From an uncultured Clostridia bacterium (GTDB taxonomy: Bacteria; Bacillota; Clostridia; TANB77; CAG-508), in contig CAKPDR010000001.1 of assembly GCA_934149075.1 (NCBI GenBank), positions 205,367-237,366 on the forward strand: a stretch of 32,000 nucleotides of DNA. Direction: 5' to 3'. This document shows positions 17,851-26,601 of this stretch, one piece after another (positions within the stretch are counted from its first letter, which is position 1; the number at the start of each line of letters is the position of its first letter). The notes under the pieces are model-generated. The model saw only the letters and a program-made list of their open reading frames with translations. It did not search any database and was not told where the DNA came from. Made by a program: the position numbers and the translations under genes.

Positions 17851-18036
17851 ATGAAATTTAATAAAGATACAAAAATAGGAGAAATTTTACAAGTTGCTCC
17901 AGAAAAAGCAGAAATTTTGATGGAATGTGGAATGCATTGTATTGGATGCCCAGCTTCTCAAATGGAAACTTTAGAAGAAGCTTGTGATGTTCACGGAATA
18001 GATGTAAATGAAGTTGTTGAAAAACTTAATGCATAG
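17851..18036 (+). CDS. DUF1858-type small protein (hybrid-cluster-protein-associated redox disulfide protein family)
   Basis: 61 aa. IGEILQVAPEKAEILMECGMHCIGCPASQMETLEEACDVHGIDV matches the conserved GMHCxGCP core of this family. Confidence 0.75.
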   Translation: MKFNKDTKIGEILQVAPEKAEILMECGMHCIGCPASQMETLEEACDVHGIDVNEVVEKLNA

Positions 18037-18149
18037 TAAGAATGGTTGCTATTTAGATGAAAAAACACGAAAAATTTAAGTAGCAACCAAAAATGTTACA
18101 GTTCACAGTCCTAAAAAATAAAAAAATTTAAAAATTTTTAAAAAATGTA

Positions 18150-18178
18150 TTGACAAATAAAAAAAAATAGTGTAATAT
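18150..18178 (+). promoter_or_regulatory. Promoter of the tRNA cluster
   Basis: TTGACA (18150-18155), a 17-nt spacer, then TAATAT (18173-18178), about 30 nt upstream of tRNA-Lys. Confidence 0.65.
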
Positions 18179-18207
18179 AAATAAGCGTTGTGCAGTACAA
18201 CACATAC

Positions 18208-18283
18208 GGGCTATTAGCTCAGGTGGTAGAGCACTTGACTTTTAATCAAGTTGTCCCGCGTTCGAGTCGCGGATAGCTCACCA
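18208..18283 (+). tRNA. tRNA-Lys (anticodon UUU), CCA encoded
   Basis: Hand-folded cloverleaf: acceptor GGGCTAT/ATAGCTC, anticodon stem CTTGA/TCAAG with loop CTTTTAA, and T-arm CCGCG-TTCGAGT-CGCGG. Confidence 0.9.
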
Positions 18284-18317
18284 ATGAATTCTAATTTGAA
18301 ATATAATTAGAATTCAT
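18284..18317 (+). other. Perfect 13-bp hairpin in the tRNA-Lys/tRNA-Glu spacer
   Basis: ATGAATTCTAATT (18284-18296) pairs with AATTAGAATTCAT (18305-18317) across an 8-nt loop. It is probably a processing structure. Confidence 0.5.
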
Positions 18318-18326
18318 ATTATATTT

Positions 18327-18401
18327 GGCCCCGTGGTCAAGCGGTTAAGACACCGCCCTTTCACGGCGGAGTCATGGGTTCGATTCCCGTCGGGGTCACC
18401 A
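18327..18401 (+). tRNA. tRNA-Glu (anticodon UUC), CCA encoded
   Basis: Acceptor GGCCCCG/CGGGGTC, anticodon stem CCGCC/GGCGG with loop CTTTCAC, and T-loop TTCGATT. Confidence 0.9.
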
Positions 18402-18405
18402 CAAC

Positions 18406-18482
18406 GCCACTTTAGCTCAGCTGGCCAGAGCACCGCACTTGTAATGCGGGGGTCCCCAGTTCGAATCTGGGAAGTGGCTCCA
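18406..18482 (+). tRNA. tRNA-Thr (anticodon UGU), CCA encoded
   Basis: Acceptor GCCACTT/AAGTGGC, anticodon stem CCGCA/TGCGG with loop CTTGTAA, and T-arm CCCAG-TTCGAAT-CTGGG. Confidence 0.9.
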
Positions 18483-18589
18483 AATTGTCAGTAGTCTTGC
18501 AAATAAGCTTGATTATTGGCTTTTTTGTTGTATAAAATAAAAATGGGAAAAAATGTACCTGGTACAAAGTTTCCCGGAAGGAATGTTAA

Positions 18590-19300
18590 ATGGTAGTATT
18601 AATAACAGGTGCATCGAGAGGGATAGGAAGAGATATTGCAATAGTGTTAGCTAAAAATGGACACAAAGTGATAGCAAATTATAATAAATCAGAACAACAG
18701 GCTATTGAATTGCAAAATGAAAATGAAAATATAGAAATATACAAAGCTGATGTGTCAAGAAGAGAAGAAGTACATAAAATGGTTGAAGGTATATTAAAAA
18801 AATATGGTAGGATAGATGTTTTAATAAATAATGCTGGAATATCAGAAAATAAGTTGTTTACTGATGTGTCAGATCAAGACTGGACAAGAATGATAAATAT
18901 AAATTTATATTCTGTGTTTTGCGTAACACAGGAAGTTTTACCTAATATGATACATAATAAAAAAGGGTGTATCGTTAATATTTCGTCAATATGGGGAATG
19001 GTTGGAGCTTCTTGTGAAACAATATATTCTGTAACTAAGGCTGGAATTAATGGAATGACAAAGGCACTAGCTAAGGAGTTAGGACCATCAAATGTAAGAG
19101 TTAATGCTATTGCACCTGGAATTATTGATACAGATATGAATAAAAATTTGACACAAGAAGATATAAAAAACATTGAAGAAGAAATTCCATTAGAAAAAAT
19201 AGGGAAAGGATTAGATATTGCAAGGTGTGTAGAATGGATTATTCAAGATGAATATACTACAGGACAAATTATTTCAATTAATGGTGGATGGATAATATAA
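18590..19300 (+). CDS. Short-chain dehydrogenase/reductase, FabG-like
   Basis: TGASRGIG cofactor motif, NNAG, and the catalytic YSVTK (YxxxK). 236 aa. A GGAAGGA SD lies 7 nt upstream. Confidence 0.8.
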   Translation: MVVLITGASRGIGRDIAIVLAKNGHKVIANYNKSEQQAIELQNENENIEIYKADVSRREEVHKMVEGILKKYGRIDVLINNAGISENKLFTDVSDQDWTRMININLYSVFCVTQEVLPNMIHNKKGCIVNISSIWGMVGASCETIYSVTKAGINGMTKALAKELGPSNVRVNAIAPGIIDTDMNKNLTQEDIKNIEEEIPLEKIGKGLDIARCVEWIIQDEYTTGQIISINGGWII

Positions 19301-19303
19301 AAA

Positions 19304-19331
19304 TAGTACGGTTTTGCAACAAGCCGTACTA
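19304..19331. terminator. Bidirectional hairpin terminator between convergent genes
   Basis: TAGTACGG (19304-19311) pairs with CCGTACTA (19324-19331). It is followed by TTTT on the + strand and preceded by AAAA. Confidence 0.6.
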
Positions 19332-19361
19332 TTTTAAACATATATTAAATCAATTCAAAAC

Positions 19362-19832
19362 TTATTCTTTGTCTGAAGCTTTTTTACTATAATTACCAGA
19401 GATTAATTTTGGTAAATAAGTAATAATTTTGTAAACAACTAAACGTATTTTTTTGCTCCATATATATGATTTTCTTAATTTTCTTGCTTTTCCCAAAGAT
19501 ACTGGTTCATCATCTAAAACAATTAATTCAACAGGATTTTTTTCTATTTGAAATACATAATTATTTCCACAGTTATTATCCCATTCTCCTTTCTCGTTAA
19601 AGAAACAGAAATTAAATGTTTCGCTTGAACATAAGTCGATTTCTGTTTGAAAACCAAGATCTGTTTTTGTCATTTTTACATCTTGGACATTATCCCAATC
19701 ATTTCCAAAACCATAATGAAAAAATACATCTTGAGAATCGTCTTGGAAAAATATACCCGTATATGATATTTTTATTTTACTATTTTCAACTAATTTGTCA
19801 GTATTGAAAAAAATGTTTTTTACTAACTCCAT
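19362..19832 (-). CDS. Small protein with a CBM25/CBM53-like (starch-binding-type) domain
   Basis: FHYGFGNDWDNVQDVKMTK...FNFCFFNEKGEWDNNCGNNYVF follows the G-x-W ... F-x-F ... WDNN-x-G-x-NY pattern of these modules. The start is set at ATG 19832 (GAAGGAG SD 8 nt upstream) rather than the ORF-track start at 19892. Confidence 0.5.
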   Translation of the reverse strand: MELVKNIFFNTDKLVENSKIKISYTGIFFQDDSQDVFFHYGFGNDWDNVQDVKMTKTDLGFQTEIDLCSSETFNFCFFNEKGEWDNNCGNNYVFQIEKNPVELIVLDDEPVSLGKARKLRKSYIWSKKIRLVVYKIITYLPKLISGNYSKKASDKE

Positions 19833-19983
19833 TTTATAAACTCCTTCATCTTTTGTTAGCCATATTATATTATTAAATTTTACAATATTCAAGTGTTTTT
19901 TCGAAAAATTTGTAAAAATTTTTGAAATGTAATAAAAAATTCAAAAAAACATATATATTATCAAAGAAATTTTGCAAAAAAAA

Positions 19984-20012
19984 TTGTCAAAATTGCAAAA
20001 ATATGGTATTAT
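19984..20012 (+). promoter_or_regulatory. Promoter of the VanW/adhesin operon
   Basis: TTGTCA (19984-19989), a 17-nt spacer ending in TGG, then TATTAT (20007-20012), which gives an extended -10. Confidence 0.55.
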
Positions 20013-20034
20013 AGAATAAGGGAGAAAGTGAAAA

Positions 20035-21756
20035 ATGGAAGAAAACAAAAATAAAGTAGATAAAAATAGTGCTACCAAAATTTTAGAAAAAGATGAAACA
20101 ATAAAAGAGAACAAAACAGATGGTTTACAACAGAATGTGAAAGAACCTAAAGTTGATCCAATAGAGAAACAAGAAGAGACAAGAGAAATAGTTAAAATAG
20201 AAAATAAAGAAAAAAAGGAAACTAGATTTGGAATAGTACTATTAATTATTGCGATTATAGTAATTATAATTGCTATTGTATCTACAGTTTTTGCGGTAAT
20301 TAATATAAAAAACACAAAGATATTAAAAGGCATAACGATAGGAAATATAGATGTGTCGGAAACGACAACTGAAGAAGCTATAAAAAAACTTGATGAAATA
20401 TATGGAAGTAAAGGAGAAAAACAGATTTATTTAAAATATGGAGAGTATGAGACATCTATTACATACGAGGCATTAGAAGTGAAATATCAAACAGAAAATG
20501 CCGTAACACAAGCATATAGCATAGGAAGAGCAGGAAATATATTTCAGGACAATTTTGAAATATTAAATACTTGGCGAAATGGAAAAAATGTAAAATTAGA
20601 AGTAACAATAGATAGTGATATGATAGAACAAATTTCACAAAATATTAACAACAGTATAGATGATGCAGTAGTTCAGCCAAGTTATTATATTGAAAAAGAA
20701 AATGCAAAACTAATTGTTACATCTGGTAAAGAAGGCGTAAAAGTAGATGAAAAGCAATTGATAGAAGAAATATATAAAGTACTGGATGAAAATACAGAAG
20801 ATGAACAAAAAATAGAAATACCTGTAGTTAAAGCTATACCAGAAAAAATTGATATAGATAAGATACATGATGAAGTATATAAAGAAGTGCAAGATGCATA
20901 TTATACAAAAGATCCATTTACGATACATCCAGAAGAAGAAGGAATTGATTTTAATGTTGAAAATGCAAAATCAATTATATCAGAAGAAAAAGAAGAATAT
21001 GAAATACCATTAAATATAACAAAACCAAGTAAAACAGTAAAGCAAATAGGAACAGAAGCATTTCCTGATTTGTTGGCTACATGTACTACAAATTATAAGG
21101 CTGGTAATGTGGATAGAACAACAAATTTAAAATTAGCAGCTGGTAAAATAAATGGAGTAGTATTATTACCAAATGAAGAGTTTTCTTACAACAAAGTAGT
21201 TGGAGAGAGAACAATAAGTGCAGGATATAAAATGGCAGCAACATATTCTGGAGGAAAAGTTGTAGATGGACTTGGAGGTGGAATATGTCAAATCTCATCA
21301 ACATTGTATGATGCAGTTGTATTTGCAAATTTAAATGTAACAACAAGAAGAAATCACCAATTTGTAACATCCTATTTGCCAGCAGGAAAAGATGCAACAG
21401 TAGTATGGGGATCACAAGATTTTAAATTTGTTAACTCTAGGAAATATCCAGTAAGAGTAGTAGCAACAGTAGAAGGTGGAAATGCAACTATTCAAATATG
21501 GGGAATAAAGGAAGATGTTGAATATGACATTTCAATTGAAACAAAAAAGGTAGCAACAATACCATATACAACACAATATGTACAGGATGCGAGTTTGCCG
21601 GCAGGTCAACAAAAGATAGTTCAGGCAGGAAGTAACGGAAGAAAAGTTGAAGCATATAAAGTTACAAAATTAAATGGCAAGGTTATTTCAACAACACTAT
21701 TGTCAAGAGATACTTATAATGCGATGCAAAGAATAGTACATGTGGGAACAAGATAA
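20035..21756 (+). CDS. Membrane-anchored VanW-domain protein with a C-terminal G5 domain
   Basis: An N-terminal TM (FGIVLLIIAIIVIIIAIVSTVFAVI), the VanW core GLGGGICQISSTLYDAV...NHQF...YLPAGKDATV, and a C-terminal G5-like segment (LPAGQQKIVQAGSNGRKVEAYKV...RIVHVGT). Confidence 0.8.
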   Translation: MEENKNKVDKNSATKILEKDETIKENKTDGLQQNVKEPKVDPIEKQEETREIVKIENKEKKETRFGIVLLIIAIIVIIIAIVSTVFAVINIKNTKILKGITIGNIDVSETTTEEAIKKLDEIYGSKGEKQIYLKYGEYETSITYEALEVKYQTENAVTQAYSIGRAGNIFQDNFEILNTWRNGKNVKLEVTIDSDMIEQISQNINNSIDDAVVQPSYYIEKENAKLIVTSGKEGVKVDEKQLIEEIYKVLDENTEDEQKIEIPVVKAIPEKIDIDKIHDEVYKEVQDAYYTKDPFTIHPEEEGIDFNVENAKSIISEEKEEYEIPLNITKPSKTVKQIGTEAFPDLLATCTTNYKAGNVDRTTNLKLAAGKINGVVLLPNEEFSYNKVVGERTISAGYKMAATYSGGKVVDGLGGGICQISSTLYDAVVFANLNVTTRRNHQFVTSYLPAGKDATVVWGSQDFKFVNSRKYPVRVVATVEGGNATIQIWGIKEDVEYDISIETKKVATIPYTTQYVQDASLPAGQQKIVQAGSNGRKVEAYKVTKLNGKVISTTLLSRDTYNAMQRIVHVGTR

Positions 21757-21785
21757 TAGAAAATAAAAGAATGGAGGAGTAAAAA

Positions 21786-24700
21786 ATGGAGAAAAAAATC
21801 ACGAAAAAAATATTAGCAATCATTATGATATTAATGTTAATATCAACAGATTTCTTTGTACTAGGTTTAGGTTTAAAAAGTTATGCTTTAGAATCAAGTA
21901 GTACAACGAATAACAAAAATATTGAATTTTCCGCATACTTTAAAAATGAAAGAGGGGAAAAAGTAGAAAAGCTTCAGACGAGTATAAAAAATGAAAAATT
22001 GAAACTATATGCTGAAATTACAGTAAAAAATGAAGGATATTTATGTGATGCATCACTAGAACTTCAAAATAGCAATTTTAAAATAAAAGACAATATTTTA
22101 TCAGATTTGATAGCGAGCATTAATCAAAATAAAGTTAATTTAAAACAAATTAATGCAGGCGAAACAGCTGTAATAGAATTAGATATAGAACCTTCAATTG
22201 GTGAAACATTAACAGAAGAAATGCTATTAGAAGCATCTGATTTAAAATTAACTGGTAAATATATGGAAACTTCTTATAAAGGTTTAAGTATAGAGGCAAC
22301 AAGAAATGTTGCATTAAATTTACAAGCAGATGAAAATGCTACGGCAGAATTGAATACAGATATTATAACAAATAAAATTTTTTCAATAGATGGTAAAGAT
22401 AAAAGGGTAGTGCAATTATTAGTAAAATCAAGATTAGCTGATAACCAATACCCAATTAAACAAACAAAGATTAATGTGGATATTCCAAAATTAGGTGAGG
22501 AAGAACCAGAAAAAGTAGAAGTATTATCTTTAGGAACAAATGCTACAAATGGTAAAACATCAATATCAACAGATGAGTGGAAAAAAGAAAATGATAAAGT
22601 TGAGATTACAATAAAAAATGAAGATGATACAATTAAATGGAATAAAAATTCATATGACGAAATTGTTATAACTTATATATATGACAAAAATGTTGATGCA
22701 AGCAAAATAGAAATAAATTCAAACTCAGAAATAACAGTACATAATAATGGAACAAAATATACAGCTAAATATACAAAAGGAATTGAAAACAGTGAACCAA
22801 ATGGAATTGTAACAACAGAATCAAAAGCAAGTTCAGAAGGAATATATAAAGGACAAATTGCATCAAATATAAGTGCACAATATAATACAACAACAACCTT
22901 AAAAATAGCAAATACAGAAATTCCAGAAAAGGTAACAATAAAAGAACAACCAGATGTATTAAAAACTGAAAATAGTGAATTAACCTTAAATACAAAGTAT
23001 ATATCAACAAAAATAAACAAAGCAAAAATGTTAGAAATTTTGGGACAAGATGGAAATATTTCAATAAAAGCAGGGACAACAACTACGGAAATAAATAAAG
23101 ACACAGAGACAAATGAAAATGGAGATGTTGTAATAAATTATGAAACTCCAGTAAGTGAAATAGAAATCACAACAAGTAAACCAGAAAATACAGGTATATT
23201 AGAAATTAATCATACAAAGGCAACAGCAGAAAATACATATACAATGGAGCAACTAAGTAATGCTAAAACATTACAGATTAAAAATACAGTAAAAGGAACA
23301 AGAAGTATAAATAAAGTAGAACAAACTGAAGTAGAAAACTCTAGTGAGTCAAGTATAGAAGTAAAAGATACAGTATCAAAAGCTGAATTTACAGTAAACA
23401 AAGATACATTATCAACAATGACAGTAAATAAAAATGTTGTATTTGGGGTAAAATTAATTACTAATGGAGTACAATATGATTTATATAAAAATCCAACAAT
23501 TAAAGTAAAATTACCATCATCAGTAGAAAATGTAACTATAAATGGTGCAACACCATTATATGCTGAAGAATTTAAAGTAAATTCAAAATATGATAATACA
23601 AATAAGATTTTAGAAATAAATTTAAAAGGAGAGCAAACAGCTCATTCAGAAACAGATGCTACACAATTATATTTACAACTTGACTTGGATATAACATTAT
23701 CAAAACTAGCATCAAGTAAAAAAGATAAAATAATAATGACATACACAAATGAAAATGCAACACAATATGAAAGCGAAACAACAGGAAGTGGCATAATTGA
23801 GAAAGAAATAGAAATATCTGCACCAAGTGGATTAATTACAATGCACAATTCAAGTACTTACAATATAGAAGGAATAAAAGGAATTAATGATGAAAAACAA
23901 TTAATTCAAATAGAAAACAAGGATGCAGGAAAAGAAATAAATTTTAATATTGCATTAGTTAATAACATTGGACAAGATGCAAAAAATGTAAAAATATTTG
24001 GTAAATTACCAACCAAAGGAAATAAGATATCAGGAGAAGAAAATGCAAATACATTGGAAACAGCATTAAAAGCAATAAATGCTCCAAATGCAACTATATA
24101 TTATAGTGAAAATGTTAATGCAACAACAGATGTAGGAAGTTCAGCAAATGGATGGACAACAACAATATCAGCTAATACAAAAGTATTTTTAATAGTTTTA
24201 GAACAATTAAATAAAGAAAGTAGTTATATGGCATCTTATGCTATACAAATGCCATCACCTATACAAAAAGATGCTACATCATATGCAGAATATGAAGTTA
24301 CATATGACACAGATACGGATAAAAACCTAAAAACAAGATCTACATCAATAGGATTTGCAACACCAACAGAAATTAAGTTAGAAACAAGTATATCTGCACA
24401 GGTTGGAAATGATGTAATAAATAATGGAGATACAATAAGAGCAGGAGAGGTAATTAGATATACAATGTCAGTAAAAAATAATGGTGCACAAAAACTTGAA
24501 AATATAGAACTTAAATCAAATGTACCAGATGGAACAGTATATGTAACTCCAGTAGAAGAGGCGCAACATGCTGGGGCAACATATTATAAAGAAAATGAAA
24601 GTATAAAAGAAATAAAAGAAAAAATTCAAACACTTGAGGCAGGAAAAACATATACTAAAACATATGAAGTAAGAGTTAAAAGTGATATAGCAACTGAAAA

Positions 24701-26597
24701 GCAAATATCAAATAAAACAATTGCAACATGCGAAGGTACAGATATAGAAAGTAACGAATTGACAAATAAATTAATAGCATCAAAGGTAAGAGTTACAATT
24801 AAAGAATTAAAAGAAGAAACTGAAATTCTTAAACCTTCAGGAACATTGGGATATATGGTAATAGTAGATAACTTAACAAATGAAGACATAACAAAATTGG
24901 ATTTAAAATTAAATAGTAGTAATTTTGAAACAAAATGTTTATCTTCAGATGAACTATATGCTGTGAATGAAGATATACCTGAAACAATTAATATAGAAAA
25001 AATACCGGCAAATGGATACGCATGGTATAAATTCCAAGGAAATATACAAAAAGATGCTGATAAATTAAATGCGATAGCTGTAGTTAATGATTCAGAAAAT
25101 AATATATATAGATCAAATAGAGTAGGAGAAGAATTACCTAAGGTAGGGGCTAAGATAAATTTATCAAGTGCTCAGGATAAGGCATATATAAAGGAAGGAG
25201 ACAAAGTAGAGTACATAATAAATGTAGAAAATACAGGAGATTGTAAAACAAATTTTGAAGTTGTAGATAATGTATCAGAATATTTAGAAGTACAATCAAT
25301 ATACGAAAATGATAAAATTGTATTGCAATCGCTAGAAACAGCTAAAAGTGATACATATGTTTCATCAATTGATAATAAAGTATCACATAAATTTGCATTA
25401 GAAGTAGGTGGCAAAATAACAATTAAAATTTCCGCAATAGTAAAAAGTGCAAACAATAGTATAGATGCTTTACCAATAAGTAATAAAGCTGAAGTTAGAG
25501 TTAACCAAGTAACAAAAGCAACATCAGAAGAAGTAACACATATATTGAAATTAACAGCAGAAAATGTAAAGAATGTAATAAATGGAAAAGCATGGTTAGA
25601 TCAAAATATAAATGGTGCAAAAGATAATGGAGAAACAACATTGCAGGGAATAAAAGTAAAACTATATGATGTTTCTACAAATGATTATTTGAAAGATGCA
25701 AATGGCTCAATAATAGAAACTACTACAAATGAGAATGGTGAATATGGATTTACAAAAATACCAAATGGACAGTATATAGTATTATTTGAATATGATACTA
25801 ATGAATATGAGCCAACATACTATAAAAAAGATGGAGTAGATGATAGTATCAATTCAAAAGTAGTACTAAAAAATATTACAATAAATGGTGAGACAAAAAC
25901 ATATGCAGTGACGGACACAATTAATTTACAAGATAATATATCTAATATAAATATTGGATTAAAAGAGAAATTAGTATTCGATTTACAATTAGATAAATAT
26001 ATTAGTAAAGTTTCAATACAAAATAAAAAAGGAACAAAATCATATGACTATAATGATGCAACATTTGCTAAAGTTGAAATATACAGAAAACAAGTTGCAG
26101 GAACGGTGGTTGTATTAGAATATACAATTAAGGTAAAAAATAATGGAGAAATAGCTGGATATGCAAAAAATGTTAAAGACTATTTATCAAATGGTTTAAC
26201 ATTTAGTTCTGAGTTAAATCCAGATTGGTATTTATCAGGAAATGAATTATACACAAGCAAATTTTCAAATGAAACAATTAATCCAGGTGAAGAAAAAGAA
26301 GTTAAATTAATATTAACAAAGACAATGACAAATGAAAATACAGGTGTTGTTAATAATAGAGCAGAAATAGTAGAAGCATACAATGAATATGGAATTGCAG
26401 ATAGTAATTCAACACCAAATAATAATATGGCAGGAGAAAATGATTTAGGCTCAGCAGATGTAATTATAGGTGTATCAACAGGTGGAACTATTTTAGCGTA
26501 TGTAATATTAGTAATAATAAATACTATATTAATTGCAATAGCAATAAAACTAATGATAAAAAATAAGATAATAACATTAAAAAAGGAAAGGAGGTAA
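21786..26597 (+). CDS. Giant cell-surface adhesin-like protein (DUF11-type repeats plus SdrD/Cna B-type domain)
   Basis: 1603 aa. It has a signal peptide, DUF11-like repeats (GDTIRAGEVIRYTMSVKNNGAQKLENIELKSNVPDGT; GDKVEYIINVENTGD) and a B-type domain (GKAWLDQNINGAKDNGETTLQGIKVKLYD...TTTNENGEYGFTKIPNGQY). The C-terminus carries GVSTG, a TM helix and a basic tail. Confidence 0.75.
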   Translation: MEKKITKKILAIIMILMLISTDFFVLGLGLKSYALESSSTTNNKNIEFSAYFKNERGEKVEKLQTSIKNEKLKLYAEITVKNEGYLCDASLELQNSNFKIKDNILSDLIASINQNKVNLKQINAGETAVIELDIEPSIGETLTEEMLLEASDLKLTGKYMETSYKGLSIEATRNVALNLQADENATAELNTDIITNKIFSIDGKDKRVVQLLVKSRLADNQYPIKQTKINVDIPKLGEEEPEKVEVLSLGTNATNGKTSISTDEWKKENDKVEITIKNEDDTIKWNKNSYDEIVITYIYDKNVDASKIEINSNSEITVHNNGTKYTAKYTKGIENSEPNGIVTTESKASSEGIYKGQIASNISAQYNTTTTLKIANTEIPEKVTIKEQPDVLKTENSELTLNTKYISTKINKAKMLEILGQDGNISIKAGTTTTEINKDTETNENGDVVINYETPVSEIEITTSKPENTGILEINHTKATAENTYTMEQLSNAKTLQIKNTVKGTRSINKVEQTEVENSSESSIEVKDTVSKAEFTVNKDTLSTMTVNKNVVFGVKLITNGVQYDLYKNPTIKVKLPSSVENVTINGATPLYAEEFKVNSKYDNTNKILEINLKGEQTAHSETDATQLYLQLDLDITLSKLASSKKDKIIMTYTNENATQYESETTGSGIIEKEIEISAPSGLITMHNSSTYNIEGIKGINDEKQLIQIENKDAGKEINFNIALVNNIGQDAKNVKIFGKLPTKGNKISGEENANTLETALKAINAPNATIYYSENVNATTDVGSSANGWTTTISANTKVFLIVLEQLNKESSYMASYAIQMPSPIQKDATSYAEYEVTYDTDTDKNLKTRSTSIGFATPTEIKLETSISAQVGNDVINNGDTIRAGEVIRYTMSVKNNGAQKLENIELKSNVPDGTVYVTPVEEAQHAGATYYKENESIKEIKEKIQTLEAGKTYTKTYEVRVKSDIATEKQISNKTIATCEGTDIESNELTNKLIASKVRVTIKELKEETEILKPSGTLGYMVIVDNLTNEDITKLDLKLNSSNFETKCLSSDELYAVNEDIPETINIEKIPANGYAWYKFQGNIQKDADKLNAIAVVNDSENNIYRSNRVGEELPKVGAKINLSSAQDKAYIKEGDKVEYIINVENTGDCKTNFEVVDNVSEYLEVQSIYENDKIVLQSLETAKSDTYVSSIDNKVSHKFALEVGGKITIKISAIVKSANNSIDALPISNKAEVRVNQVTKATSEEVTHILKLTAENVKNVINGKAWLDQNINGAKDNGETTLQGIKVKLYDVSTNDYLKDANGSIIETTTNENGEYGFTKIPNGQYIVLFEYDTNEYEPTYYKKDGVDDSINSKVVLKNITINGETKTYAVTDTINLQDNISNINIGLKEKLVFDLQLDKYISKVSIQNKKGTKSYDYNDATFAKVEIYRKQVAGTVVVLEYTIKVKNNGEIAGYAKNVKDYLSNGLTFSSELNPDWYLSGNELYTSKFSNETINPGEEKEVKLILTKTMTNENTGVVNNRAEIVEAYNEYGIADSNSTPNNNMAGENDLGSADVIIGVSTGGTILAYVILVIINTILIAIAIKLMIKNKIITLKKERR

Positions 26598-26601
26598 TTC
26601 T

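Noticed and set aside
18044-18088. Imperfect 12-bp stem after the DUF1858 stop codon considered as a terminator
   Set aside because: It has a 21-nt loop, one mismatch and no downstream T-tract. The tRNA promoter follows immediately.
18208-18482. tRNA cluster considered as the integration site (att) of the T4SS element
   Set aside because: The T4SS block lies on the 5' side and is separated from the cluster by the DUF1858 gene. No integrase is present, and I could find no duplicated tRNA 3'-end sequence.
19941-20333. 130-aa minus-strand hydrophobic ORF overlapping the VanW promoter and N-terminus
   Set aside because: It is antisense to a well-supported gene with promoter and SD. Its composition is what the complement of purine-rich coding DNA produces.
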